From positions 1,881,946 to 1,945,945 of the forward strand of contig JAXGPZ010000001.1 in assembly GCA_040766725.1 (NCBI GenBank): a stretch of 64,000 nucleotides of DNA. The letters run 5' to 3'. Position 1 is the stretch's first letter; every line of letters starts with the position of its first letter. Of this stretch, positions 19,433-29,268 are shown piece by piece. The position numbers and the translations under genes are program-made. The DNA is from Anaerolineae bacterium. GTDB taxonomy: Bacteria > Chloroflexota > Anaerolineae > UBA1429. The notes below the pieces were generated by a model. The model was not told the origin of the DNA, made no database searches, and saw only the letters and a list, made by a program, of their open reading frames with translations.

Positions 19433-20863
19433 CTAGACGCCCTTGCCAGCCAAGACGTCATCGATGGCCTTCTTGGCGTCGTCCATCGCCTGCTGCACGT
19501 CCTTGCCCTCTTCCATCACCAGCGTCAACTCGTCGGTGATGAACTTGGACCACTGAGCCGTGGTGGGCTCGGCAGTGTTGGGCGAGTACATGGACTTGTC
19601 GGTCCACTTGAGGAAAAGCGAGCGGTTCTTGGGGTTGAACGTCGGGTTGAACCACAGCGGGGCCGTGTCTGAACGCGACGGGATGACCGTGTCGCTATTG
19701 CCCAGCACGCCCGAGCCAGCAAAGCTGCCCAGGTACGACACCCACGTGAACGCGGCGTCGGCCACCTTGGTGTTCTTGGCGATGGTGTTGCCCAGGCCAT
19801 GGATTTGGCAGATCGACTTGCCGGTCGGCGCGTACGGAATGGGCACAGCGTCCCACTCGAAATCGACGACCTGCTCGTTGAGCGTGCCCACGTTCCAGCT
19901 ACCGATGTGCATCAGGCCCACGCGGCCGGTGACGAACTGGTCGCTGGCGCCCATCGTCTGCAGCGCCTCGGCGCCCGGCGAAAGGCCCTCGAGACGGTAC
20001 GACACGTACTCGCGCAGCGCCTCAACGGCCGGCGCCTCGTTCATCGTGAACGCCGTCTTGTCCTCGTTCAAAAGGGTGCCACCGTTCGAGTACACCCAGT
20101 TGAACCAGCCGGTCTGACCGGTGTTGGAGGCCACCATGCCATACTGCGTGGTGCGCTCGCCTTCCTTCTTGGTCATGGCCGTCGCGTATTCCTTGCACAT
20201 CACCCAGTCCCAAGCGCTAAAGTCATCGGCGCTATCGGGCATCGACAGGCCGGCCTCGTCCAGCAGGCTCGTGTTCACAGCCAGGGTGATGGTGTCATAG
20301 TCGCGCGGCCAAGAGTAGGCGTCGCCCTCGAACACATAGGCGGCCTTCAGGGCGTCAAAGTTGAGCTCCCAGTCCGTCTTGAGCTTCTCGTCGGCGTCCA
20401 GCAACGGCTGAATGTTCATCAGCGTGTCTTTGGCCACCAGTGAAGCAAAGTTGGACATGTTGAGCCAGAAGGTGTCCGGGGCATCGCCGCCGGCCAGGGC
20501 CGTCCACAGCTTGTCCCAGTACTGCGCCCAGGGCACGAGCTCCGAGTTCATCTTGATGTTGGGCGCCAGGTCTTTGAACAGGTCGAGCTGCATGTCGATG
20601 GCGCGCTGCTGCTCAGAGCCCCACCACATGTAGCGCACGTCGACAGCCTTCTCGGCCGGCGCCGCTACCTCCACGACCTTCTCGACGACCTTCTCGACGA
20701 TCTTGGGCGTGCCCTCGACGATGACCTCTTCTTTGACGATCTGGGTCACCACCTTCTCGACTTCGACGACCTTCGGCTGGCAGGCTGCCAGCAGGGTGCC
20801 GCCGGCTGCCACTGCAGCGGTGGTGAGAAACTGACGTCGGCTGAAATGCTTGCTGAAAGCCAT
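19433..20863 (-). CDS. ABC transporter sugar-binding lipoprotein (SBP family 1), Tat signal
   Basis: RRQFLTTAAVAAGGTLLAAC is a twin-arginine signal plus lipobox. A PT/EV-rich linker follows, then an SBP_bac_1-type fold. Confidence 0.8.
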   Translation of the reverse strand: MAFSKHFSRRQFLTTAAVAAGGTLLAACQPKVVEVEKVVTQIVKEEVIVEGTPKIVEKVVEKVVEVAAPAEKAVDVRYMWWGSEQQRAIDMQLDLFKDLAPNIKMNSELVPWAQYWDKLWTALAGGDAPDTFWLNMSNFASLVAKDTLMNIQPLLDADEKLKTDWELNFDALKAAYVFEGDAYSWPRDYDTITLAVNTSLLDEAGLSMPDSADDFSAWDWVMCKEYATAMTKKEGERTTQYGMVASNTGQTGWFNWVYSNGGTLLNEDKTAFTMNEAPAVEALREYVSYRLEGLSPGAEALQTMGASDQFVTGRVGLMHIGSWNVGTLNEQVVDFEWDAVPIPYAPTGKSICQIHGLGNTIAKNTKVADAAFTWVSYLGSFAGSGVLGNSDTVIPSRSDTAPLWFNPTFNPKNRSLFLKWTDKSMYSPNTAEPTTAQWSKFITDELTLVMEEGKDVQQAMDDAKKAIDDVLAGKGV

Positions 20864-21010
20864 GATGCGGTTCTCCTCTCACTCTACTCGGAATCCTGAG
20901 CCCTTCGACACAACCCTGACACTGATAGTGACGCGCGTTCTCCGTCCTCCTTGACTGATCTGCCGCGGCATCCCAAAGCTGCGGTTGGCCGCTCAACCCG
21001 CACCGTTAAT

Positions 21011-21039
21011 ATAGTAGCCCCCAGCCCCCCTCGCGTCAA
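21011..21039 (-). promoter_or_regulatory. Candidate promoter (TTGACG-17-TACTAT on the minus strand) for the amidohydrolase/ABC cassette 1 operon
   Basis: Lies in the 250-nt lower-GC intergenic region, about 145 nt upstream of the binding-protein start at 20863. Confidence 0.3.
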
Positions 21040-21114
21040 GTGCCAATCTGTACGATGCTGCACTATCGATCATAGACATTCAGTGTCACCGACAGTTTCG
21101 ATCATTCCGAGCGT

Positions 21115-22155
21115 CTAGCCGCACCGTTCGGGCACCAGCCGCTCAAAGTTGCGGTGGTACACCTTTTCCAGCACATCGTCGGGCAAAAAGACGCCGTGCA
21201 CCCGCCAGCTCATCACGTTTTGGTTCGAGCCAGCATGCGAGGGCATGTACTGGTCGGCCGTCTCGAGCCAGCGATAGTGCACGCGGTACATCTCGGGCGT
21301 GATGGTCAGGTCGGTGCCGAACACGATGCGATCGGCGTACTTGATGAACCAGTCGCGCGCCGAATAGGGCACCCGCCCCAGCTCGTTCAGCCGCGCTGAA
21401 AAGTCGGTGTACAGGTTCGGGTACTTGTCCAGCATCTGCGACGAGAACCCGAGGTTCTCGGACCAGCAGCCCACGTGCGCGGTGATGAACGTCGTCCGCG
21501 GGTGCGCCTCGATCAGCCGGTACAGGCTCTCGATCAGCTCCATGAACGTGGGGAACTGCGACCCGTAAAAGTGCCAGTCGGGCCGCCGCTTGAGCCCGCC
21601 ATAGCGCTCGTTGAAGCGGTCCAGCGGCTTGAAGAAGGACGTCGGGTCGGCCGTGTGGATCAGCACCGGCAGGCCCAGCTCGGCGCACTGCTCGAACACG
21701 TCGCCGATGCGCGGGTCGTCGGGCATCAGCAGCTTGTCGTTGCAGTCACGCCAGTGCAGGCCCAGCTGTTTAAAGATCTTGAGGCCCCTGGCGCCGGCGG
21801 CCACATCGGCGGCCAACTGCCGGGTGGCCTTGTCGGCCCAGTCTGGCGCGCCCGCACCGCCCCAGTGCACGTTACAGAAGGTGCAAAAGCGCCCCGGATG
21901 AGCCTCGTCGAGGATCTCCAGGCTGCGCTTGAGGTCATCGCCCCAGCCACCGCTCAGGTTGACGATGGTCTTGATGCGCACCTCGTCCAGCGTGGCCACG
22001 ATCGCGGGCACGTCCACCTGGGTGGCGCGCGGGCCTGCCACGGCGATGTGGTTGTGCCCGTCGATCACGTCGAACTTGGGCCAGGGCACCTCGTGCACCG
22101 GCGTCACCACCTCGGGCACCGGGCAATACTCTTCGACCAGGATGCTGTCTTGCAT
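21115..22155 (-). CDS. Amidohydrolase-2 family hydrolase (paralog of 16464-17495)
   Basis: Same motif set as its paralog (IDGHNHIAV, HTADPT, ITAHVGC). Start at MQDSIL (22155) with GGAGGG SD; the ORF-track N-extension is rejected. Confidence 0.7.
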   Translation of the reverse strand: MQDSILVEEYCPVPEVVTPVHEVPWPKFDVIDGHNHIAVAGPRATQVDVPAIVATLDEVRIKTIVNLSGGWGDDLKRSLEILDEAHPGRFCTFCNVHWGGAGAPDWADKATRQLAADVAAGARGLKIFKQLGLHWRDCNDKLLMPDDPRIGDVFEQCAELGLPVLIHTADPTSFFKPLDRFNERYGGLKRRPDWHFYGSQFPTFMELIESLYRLIEAHPRTTFITAHVGCWSENLGFSSQMLDKYPNLYTDFSARLNELGRVPYSARDWFIKYADRIVFGTDLTITPEMYRVHYRWLETADQYMPSHAGSNQNVMSWRVHGVFLPDDVLEKVYHRNFERLVPERCG

Positions 22156-22333
22156 CGTCCCTCCACCAACAGGATTCTGTGAGGCGCGCCGCGCGCATTG
22201 TGGCCTGTGCGCCGCACGTTCGAGCACCTTGCATAGCCAAAACCCGCGCCCTGGGTGAATGCCAGGCCGGCCGCAAACGAAACAGGCGCGCCTCACACAG
22301 GCCGGCGTGCCTGTGGCTGCCACTCCACTATCG

Positions 22334-23236
22334 CTAGCCCTTGACTCCGCTGATCACCACGCCCTGGATGAACTGCCGTTGCGCGAAAAAGAACAGCAGA
22401 ATGCAGGGCAGCGCCGCCACAAACGATGCCGCCATCAGCAGGTTCGTGTCGGTGCTATACACCTGGCGAAAGCCCTGCAGGCCCAGCGCCAGCGTCCAGT
22501 TCTCGCGGTGATGGAGATAGATCAGCGGCCCGAAAAACTCGTTCCAGCCATACATAAAGTGAAAGATCGCCACGGTGCCCAGCGCCGGCTTGGCCATCGG
22601 CACAATCACGTGCCAAAAGGTCTGCAGCGGGTTGCAGCCATCGATGCGGGCCGCATCGTCCATCTCCAGTGGGATGGTCATAAAGAACTGCCGCAGCAAA
22701 AAGATGTCATACGGGTTCCCGAAAAAGGTCGGGACGATCAGCGGCTTGAGCGTGTCCACCCACTTGATCTTGGAGAACATGATATACACCGGGATCAGCG
22801 TCACCTGGCTGGGCAGCATGATCGTCGACAGCAGCAACAGGAACATGATGTTCAGCCCGGGGGCGCGGAACCTGGAAAAGCCATAGGCGGCCAACGAGCA
22901 GGAGATCAGCACGCCGGCCATGCCGATGAACGTCACCTTGATCGTGTTCCAGGTGTAGAGCGCAAAGTCGATCGTCGTCAGCGCCTTGGGGTAGTTGCTC
23001 CACATCACCGGCTCAGGCATCCACTGGATCGGGTAGACTCCCACCTGGCCCATCGTCTTGAGCGAGGTCGAGAGCATCCACACCAGCGGCAACAGCACCG
23101 CCACGGCGCCCAGCGTCAAGATGAGCTCGATCACCAGCTTTTGGACGAAATCCGACGGCTTGAGCCCCAGAATGCGCTTGGCCTGCACATGCTCAGTGGC
23201 AGCTCTCTGCGTAAAGAGTCCAGCTTCAGATCCCAT
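22334..23236 (-). CDS. Carbohydrate ABC transporter permease (MalG-like)
   Basis: Six TM segments and an EAA loop (MDDAARIDGCNPLQTFWHVIVP). Confidence 0.8.
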   Translation of the reverse strand: MGSEAGLFTQRAATEHVQAKRILGLKPSDFVQKLVIELILTLGAVAVLLPLVWMLSTSLKTMGQVGVYPIQWMPEPVMWSNYPKALTTIDFALYTWNTIKVTFIGMAGVLISCSLAAYGFSRFRAPGLNIMFLLLLSTIMLPSQVTLIPVYIMFSKIKWVDTLKPLIVPTFFGNPYDIFLLRQFFMTIPLEMDDAARIDGCNPLQTFWHVIVPMAKPALGTVAIFHFMYGWNEFFGPLIYLHHRENWTLALGLQGFRQVYSTDTNLLMAASFVAALPCILLFFFAQRQFIQGVVISGVKG

Positions 23237-23239
23237 TGC

Positions 23240-24160
23240 TCACCCCCTGCCTCCCTTGAGCTGCCCCTCATAGTAGACCCATGCGGCCGAACTTCTGAAG
23301 ATGAGCAACGTCAGCAGCAGCACAAAGAGAAAGAGCACCCAGGCCAGGGCCGAGGCATAGCCCATCTTGCTGTAGTAAAAGGCGTTGCGGTAGAGGTACA
23401 GGTTGTAGAACCAGGTGGCATAGTTGGGGCCGCCGTCGGTCATCACATAGGCGTTGGTAAAGTATTGGAACGTGCCGATGGTGCCCATGACCAGGTTGTA
23501 AAAGATCACCGGCGAGATCATCGGCAACGTCACCTTCCAGAACCGGTGCCAACCGTTGGCGCCGTCCACCTTGGCGGCGTCATACAGCGTGGTGGGCACC
23601 CCCTGCAGCCCCGCCAGGTAGAGGATCATGCCGCCGCCCACGCCCCACAGGCTCATGATGGCCAGCGCGGGCAGCGCCCACTGCGGCGAGGCCAGCCACC
23701 CTGGCCCCTTGATGCCAAACAGGGCCAGCGCCCAGTTCAGCACGCCAAAGCGCTTGTTAAAGACAAACCCCCACAAGATGGCCACGGGCACACCCTGGAT
23801 GATCGAGGGCAGGTAGTAAAGCGTGCGCCACACCGACAGGCCGGGGATCTGGGCATTCAACAGTAGCGCCAGCAACAGACCGGCAGCCAGGCCCGGGATG
23901 AGCGACATGCCGGCAAAACTGAACGTCACCTTGACCGACTGCCAAAAGAGGGGATCGATCGTCAGGTTGCGATAGTTCGCAGCGCCGATCCACTTGGCGG
24001 GCTGGATGACGTTGTACTCCATGAAGGCCATGGCGAACGAGGTGACCATCGGGGCGAGGGTGAACACGAGAAACCCAATGATCCATGGACTGATAAGGCC
24101 ATAGGCCCAAAGCGCCTCGCGGCGCGCAGGGGTCATCCGAAAGCGTTGTGTTCGCTCCAT
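23240..24160 (-). CDS. Carbohydrate ABC transporter permease (MalF-like)
   Basis: Six TM segments and an EAA loop (YDAAKVDGANGWHRFWKVTLP). Confidence 0.8.
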   Translation of the reverse strand: MERTQRFRMTPARREALWAYGLISPWIIGFLVFTLAPMVTSFAMAFMEYNVIQPAKWIGAANYRNLTIDPLFWQSVKVTFSFAGMSLIPGLAAGLLLALLLNAQIPGLSVWRTLYYLPSIIQGVPVAILWGFVFNKRFGVLNWALALFGIKGPGWLASPQWALPALAIMSLWGVGGGMILYLAGLQGVPTTLYDAAKVDGANGWHRFWKVTLPMISPVIFYNLVMGTIGTFQYFTNAYVMTDGGPNYATWFYNLYLYRNAFYYSKMGYASALAWVLFLFVLLLTLLIFRSSAAWVYYEGQLKGGRG

Positions 24161-24250
24161 TGCAGAACTCCTCGGTTGCTAGTAGGACTGCCGTTCATCT
24201 GGCAAGACCGGGCAGGGAACGCTCGCTCCCTGCCCGGTGCGTCATCCTGA

Positions 24251-25717
24251 CTAGCCCTTCTGAGCCCAGTACTCGTCCAGATAGCCCTGCACGGTCTTGT
24301 CCAGGTCTTGCATGATCAGAGCGCAATCGCGCTCTTCGCCCAGCAACACGCGGTCCATGGCGGCGCCGACAGCATCGCCGACCTTGGCGGGCTGCGGCTT
24401 CCAGGCCTCATGGTTGGGCACATCGCCATAGTCGATGGCGGTCAGCAGCGCCTGCTCGTCCACGCCGGGGAACTTTTCCTTCAGCGCCTGCAAGAAGATG
24501 TCTTTGCCCGACAGGCGTGCAGGCACCGAGCCCCACGTCAGCGCAAACCGCTCCAGAATGCCGGGCGAGCAGCACCACTTGGCCACCTCCCAGCCAGCAT
24601 CCTGTTGCTTGCCGGCCGCGGCCATCACAAAGGTGTCAGCATCAACCTGCGCGCTGACCACCCCGGTCGGGCCCTTGGGCACGGCGCCGATGTCCCAGGC
24701 GAACTCGAGCTGGGCATAGACCTCGCCCATCATCCAGGTGTGGCAGTGCCACATGGCCACCATGCCGCTCGCGAACGGATCGTTGGCCAGCGAAAAGGCC
24801 TCCTGGGCCATCTCGGCAGACGCCACAAAGTAGTGTTTCCAGATCGAGTCGCTCATCCACTGGGCGCGCGCCGCATAGGCCGGGTCGTCGAACAACGACG
24901 TCTTGTAGTCGTCAGAAACGCCCGTGGCCGAGGTCGCCCCGAACTGACGGGCCAACCCCGCAAAGTCCATCCACGACTCGTCATAGCCCCACTGCACGAC
25001 GTCGGTGGGGTCGAACCCGGTCTTGTCAGCCGAGTTGCCCTTGGAGTCCAGCGTCAACTGCCGCCCCACCTCGACCAGCTTGTCGAACGTCCAGTTCGCA
25101 TCGTTCCACACGTGCGGGACCTCGTCGACACCGGCCGCCTCGAACAGCGACTTGTTGTAGTAGATGAACGACGGATACACGGCCATCGGCAGGCCCAGCG
25201 TGCCCTTGGAGTAGGTGTGCAGGGTCACCGTCGAACCGTAAAAGTCGCTCATGTCGTACTGGTCGCGCTCCACCAGCGGCTGCAGGTCCAGCCAGGCGTC
25301 GCTGTCGTACAGCTCGGCCACGCCGCCAACGCCGATGGGCATGACGATGTCGGGGGGCGTGCCGGCGGCCAGCATCGCCGAGAACTTGGCCAGGTGCTCT
25401 TCGTGAGGCGTGACCATCAGCTCGGCCGAGATGCCCTGGTCGGCCAGCGTCTCGTTGCACTCGTTGATCAGCGCGGTCTCTTCGGCGATCTGGCTCTCAG
25501 AGGTGCCGGTGCCAAAGCCCACAAAGATGAGGACCTTCTGGGCCGCGGCGGCTTTGGGCGCCTCGGCCTTTTTCTCTGCAGGTGCAGCTTCTGCCGGCGG
25601 CGCTTCCTTGGGCGCCGGCGTAGCCTTGGGTGCACAGGCCGCCAGTAGGGCTGCCCCTGCGCTGGCAGCAAACAGACCTAGGAAGCTTCTTCGCGACACT
25701 CCTGCCTGACCAAACAT
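24251..25717 (-). CDS. ABC transporter sugar-binding lipoprotein (SBP family 1), Tat-like signal
   Basis: Start at MFGQAGVSRRSFLGLFAASAGAALLAAC (AGGAGG SD). An APKEAPPAEAAPAEKK linker is followed by the SBP fold. Confidence 0.8.
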   Translation of the reverse strand: MFGQAGVSRRSFLGLFAASAGAALLAACAPKATPAPKEAPPAEAAPAEKKAEAPKAAAAQKVLIFVGFGTGTSESQIAEETALINECNETLADQGISAELMVTPHEEHLAKFSAMLAAGTPPDIVMPIGVGGVAELYDSDAWLDLQPLVERDQYDMSDFYGSTVTLHTYSKGTLGLPMAVYPSFIYYNKSLFEAAGVDEVPHVWNDANWTFDKLVEVGRQLTLDSKGNSADKTGFDPTDVVQWGYDESWMDFAGLARQFGATSATGVSDDYKTSLFDDPAYAARAQWMSDSIWKHYFVASAEMAQEAFSLANDPFASGMVAMWHCHTWMMGEVYAQLEFAWDIGAVPKGPTGVVSAQVDADTFVMAAAGKQQDAGWEVAKWCCSPGILERFALTWGSVPARLSGKDIFLQALKEKFPGVDEQALLTAIDYGDVPNHEAWKPQPAKVGDAVGAAMDRVLLGEERDCALIMQDLDKTVQGYLDEYWAQKG

Positions 25718-25942
25718 GATCTCTTCCTCCTTTGGAAGTATGCGGCCGCCACGGCAATCCGTGGTGGTCGCCCGGCAACCTTGCAGCACTCGCCGCTGCC
25801 ACAAACACGATAACACCTCATTTTACGCCTGTCAAGGGCATTGTCTGCCCAGTTGCGCCGATGCCAACCTGTTGACGCGCCGCGGCCGTCGCTCTATGAT
25901 GCAGCCAACCCGCGCCACAAGGCGCTGCTCTCGGAGGTCGCT

Positions 25943-27067
25943 ATGCCCCACACCTACCGCATCGGGGCCATCGGCTTTGCCCATGGCCACATCTTTACCC
26001 TGCTCAAGTCGTTTGCCGACCTGCCCAACGTCGAGTGGGTGGCCTGCGCCGACACCGTGCCCGCCACGCCCTCGCTCACCCAGCGCACCGAGCGCTCCAT
26101 CCAGCGCATGCGCGACCTCGTCGGCCCTGTCAAGGCCTATGACGACTACCGCGAGCTGCTGGACAAGGAAAAGCTCGACATCGTGGTGGTCTGCCCCGAG
26201 AACGCCCGGCACGGCGAGGTGGCCGAGGCCATCGCCGCCCACGGCGCCCACATGATGACCGAAAAGCCCATGTCGGCCAGCCTGCCCGACGCGCTGCGCA
26301 TGTGGCGCGCCGCCCAGGCCAACGATGTGCGCCTCTTTATCAACTGGCCCACCACCTGGTCGCCTGCCACGCGCACCGTCAAGCGCCTGCTCGACGAGGG
26401 CGTCATCGGCCGCGTGCTCGAGGTCAAATGGCGCAATGGCGGCTCGATGGGCCCCATGTCCTACAGCCAGCCCGAGCCCCCCGGCCACGTCAAGGGCGCC
26501 GAGTGGTGGCATCAGTCGGCCCCGGGCGGCGGCGCGCTGCTCGACTATACCTGCTACGGCGCCTGCCTGGCGCGCTGGTATATCGGTGCGCCCGCCACTG
26601 CCGCCAGCGGCCTGCGCCTCAACCTCACCAGCCACTATGGCGATGCCGACGACAACGCCGTCATCACCGTGCGCTTTCCCAAGGCGTTCGCCGTGCTCGA
26701 GGCCACCTGGACCACCTGGAACCCGGCCATCCCCAGCATCTTGGTGTATGGCGAGCGCGGCGCGCTGATGGTCAATCGCCGCCCGGGCGCCGACCCTCAC
26801 GACAACGCCCAGGTGGTCGAGGTGTACACCTCGCGCGCCCACGGCGTGGTGCCGCCCGACGAGCTCATCGAGCCCGACCCGCTGCCCGCCGGCCGCGAGA
26901 CGCTGGCCAAAGAGTTCATCCACCACATCGAAACCGGCGAGCCGCTGCACCCCACCGTCGATCCCGCCCAGAACCTCGAGGTGATGGCCATCCTCGACGC
27001 GGGCATCCGCTCGGCAGTAAGCGGCCGGCTCGAGCTGGTCAACGACCTGACCTGGTGCATCGGCTAA
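25943..27067 (+). CDS. Gfo/Idh/MocA family NAD(P)-dependent oxidoreductase
   Basis: YRIGAIGFAHGHIF Rossmann N-terminus and EKPMSASL. Start at MPHTYR (GGAGG SD). Confidence 0.8.
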   Translation: MPHTYRIGAIGFAHGHIFTLLKSFADLPNVEWVACADTVPATPSLTQRTERSIQRMRDLVGPVKAYDDYRELLDKEKLDIVVVCPENARHGEVAEAIAAHGAHMMTEKPMSASLPDALRMWRAAQANDVRLFINWPTTWSPATRTVKRLLDEGVIGRVLEVKWRNGGSMGPMSYSQPEPPGHVKGAEWWHQSAPGGGALLDYTCYGACLARWYIGAPATAASGLRLNLTSHYGDADDNAVITVRFPKAFAVLEATWTTWNPAIPSILVYGERGALMVNRRPGADPHDNAQVVEVYTSRAHGVVPPDELIEPDPLPAGRETLAKEFIHHIETGEPLHPTVDPAQNLEVMAILDAGIRSAVSGRLELVNDLTWCIG

Positions 27068-27085
27068 GTCAAAGGAGAAGGAACC

Positions 27086-28162
27086 ATGGACAAGGTAAAG
27101 ATCGGCGTGCTCGGCTATGGCGTCATCGCCCAGAGCACCTACATGCCCGCGCTCAGCAAGATGCGCAACGTCGAGGTGGTGGCCATCTGCGACCTCGTGC
27201 CCGAGCGCGCCAAGGACTGCGCTGCCCGCTACAACGTGCCGCAGGTCTACACCGACCTGGACGAGATGCTGGCCAAGTCGGGCATCGATATGATGGTCAA
27301 CCTCACCCACATCCAGGCCCACTTTGAGACCAACCTCAAGGCCCTGCAGGCGGGCAAGCACGTCTACTCTGAAAAGACGATGACCACCACCGTGGCCGAG
27401 GCGACCACCCTGATCAACGAGGCCCAAAAGCAGGGCGTGCGCCTGGGCGCAGCCGCCGCCATGATGCTCAACCCGGCCGTCATCAAGGCCAAAGAGCTGA
27501 TCAAGAGCGGCGCTATCGGCAAGGTCGCCTACATCGTGGCGCACCACTCGCACGGCGGCGCGGCCAGCTTTGAGAACTGGACCACCGACCCCACCTGGTT
27601 CTACAAGCCCGGCGCCGGCCCGCTCTATGACATGGGCGTCTATGCCCTGCACACCATCACCGGCCTGCTGGGCCCGGCCAAGTCCGTTTGCGGCATGTCG
27701 GGCATCGCCATCCCCCAGCGCAAGGTGCGCTCTGGCCCCGTGGCCGGCAAGATCATCGACGTCGAGGTGGACGATAACACCCTGATGATCATGGACTTTG
27801 GCGAGTCGAGCTTTGCCTTCCTCGACTGCACCTACTGCGCCTTTGGCCACCGCGGCCCCCGCACCCAGATCTTTGGCTCTGAGGGCACCATCAACTTTAA
27901 CGACTATGGCGCCCCCACGCCGCTGTCGGTCTATCGCGACGACTGGGACCTCGGGCTCAAGGGCTGGATGGACATCGACCTGGGCCGCGGCGCCCAGTGG
28001 TCGCTGCCCGCCGGCGTCGAGCACCTGGTCGACTGCATCCTCGACCCGTCCAAAGAGGTGATCGTCTCGGGCGAGCATGCCCGCCACGTCATCGAGATCA
28101 TGAACAAGTGCACCGCGGCCGCCCACAACGGCGTCACCCTGCCGCTGGAAACGGTCTTCTAG
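27086..28162 (+). CDS. Gfo/Idh/MocA family oxidoreductase
   Basis: VKIGVLGYGVIAQ... YSEKTMTTTVAEA. Confidence 0.8.
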   Translation: MDKVKIGVLGYGVIAQSTYMPALSKMRNVEVVAICDLVPERAKDCAARYNVPQVYTDLDEMLAKSGIDMMVNLTHIQAHFETNLKALQAGKHVYSEKTMTTTVAEATTLINEAQKQGVRLGAAAAMMLNPAVIKAKELIKSGAIGKVAYIVAHHSHGGAASFENWTTDPTWFYKPGAGPLYDMGVYALHTITGLLGPAKSVCGMSGIAIPQRKVRSGPVAGKIIDVEVDDNTLMIMDFGESSFAFLDCTYCAFGHRGPRTQIFGSEGTINFNDYGAPTPLSVYRDDWDLGLKGWMDIDLGRGAQWSLPAGVEHLVDCILDPSKEVIVSGEHARHVIEIMNKCTAAAHNGVTLPLETVF

Positions 28163-28170
28163 GGGGCCCT

Positions 28171-29244
28171 ATGCGCACCATCCGCCTGGGCTATGTCGGC
28201 TGTGGGTTCATGGCGCAGACTGTCCATCTGCCCAACCTGACGAGCATCGCGGGCTGCGAGCTGCTGGCGCTGGCCGAGCTGCGCCCCGAGCTGGGCCGGC
28301 GTGTGCAGCAATCGCTGGGCATTCCGCGCCTCTACCGCGATCACGAGGCGTTGTTGGCCGACCCCGACATCGACGCCATTGCGGTCTCGGCCGCCTTTGG
28401 CGTGCAGGGACAGATCGCGCGCGACGCCCTCGAAACCGGCAAGGACGTGTTCATGGAAAAGCCCATGGCCGTCTCTATAGCCCAGGCCGATGCCATCCTG
28501 GCCGCCGAGCGCCGCAGTGGCCGGCGCGTCATGGTGGGCTACATGAAGCGCTATGACGCCGGCAACGAGCTGGCCAGGGCGCAGATCGACGCCTTGCGCG
28601 CCTCGGGCGAGGCCGGGCCGCTGACCTATGCGCGCAACCACGGCTTTTGCGGCAACTGGACGGCGGGCGCCTCTGGCCCGCCGATCAGCACCGACGAGCC
28701 GATGCCGCCTGCGCCGCCCCCGAGCCTGCCCGCCTGGCTACCGGCCGACTATGCCGGCCGCTACCTGTCGTACCTGCAACAGTACACGCACAACATCAAC
28801 CTGCTGCGCTGGCTGCTCGACGCCGGCGACCGTGTCTCGGTGCGCGTGGTCGACCTGGATGCCGACGGCTACACCGGCCTGGTGGTGTTCGACATGGCCG
28901 GCGTGCGCGCCACCCTCGAGACGGGGCAACTGTCGCACTATCGCTGGGACGAGCACACCCAGGTCTACTTTCGCGACGGCTGGGTGGCCACCTGGGCGCC
29001 GCCCCTGCTCCTCAAGAACCAGCCGGCCGAGGTCGAGGTCTACCGCGCGGGGCGGGCGCAGCGCTTTGAGCGCCTCATTCCGGCCGCTGCCTGGTCGTGG
29101 GCCTACCGGCGCGAGGCCGAGGCGTTCATCCGCTGCCTGCAGACGGGCGAGCCCTTTCGCTCGTCGGCCAGCGACACGCGCACCGATGTGCGCCTGTTTG
29201 AAGAGATCTACCGCGCCTTTCTCGAGCAGCAGGGCATCCTCTAG
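28171..29244 (+). CDS. Gfo/Idh/MocA family oxidoreductase
   Basis: IRLGYVGCGFMAQ...FMEKPMAVS. Start at MRTIRL (AGGGGG SD); the long ORF-track N-extension is rejected. Confidence 0.75.
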   Translation: MRTIRLGYVGCGFMAQTVHLPNLTSIAGCELLALAELRPELGRRVQQSLGIPRLYRDHEALLADPDIDAIAVSAAFGVQGQIARDALETGKDVFMEKPMAVSIAQADAILAAERRSGRRVMVGYMKRYDAGNELARAQIDALRASGEAGPLTYARNHGFCGNWTAGASGPPISTDEPMPPAPPPSLPAWLPADYAGRYLSYLQQYTHNINLLRWLLDAGDRVSVRVVDLDADGYTGLVVFDMAGVRATLETGQLSHYRWDEHTQVYFRDGWVATWAPPLLLKNQPAEVEVYRAGRAQRFERLIPAAAWSWAYRREAEAFIRCLQTGEPFRSSASDTRTDVRLFEEIYRAFLEQQGIL

Positions 29245-29268
29245 GCAACGTCAGGCGAGCCCGGCCGC

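Noticed and set aside
20613-20996. 127-aa minus-strand ORF overlapping the binding-protein gene start and the intergenic region
   Set aside because: It overlaps the 5' end of a well-supported binding-protein gene in another frame and extends into promoter DNA. Composition is Arg/Gly-biased.
25832-28126. 764-aa minus-strand ORF antisense to the Gfo/Idh/MocA genes
   Set aside because: Gly/Ala/His/Asp low-complexity translation with no motifs. The sense-strand genes carry clear Rossmann and GFO signatures and SD sequences.
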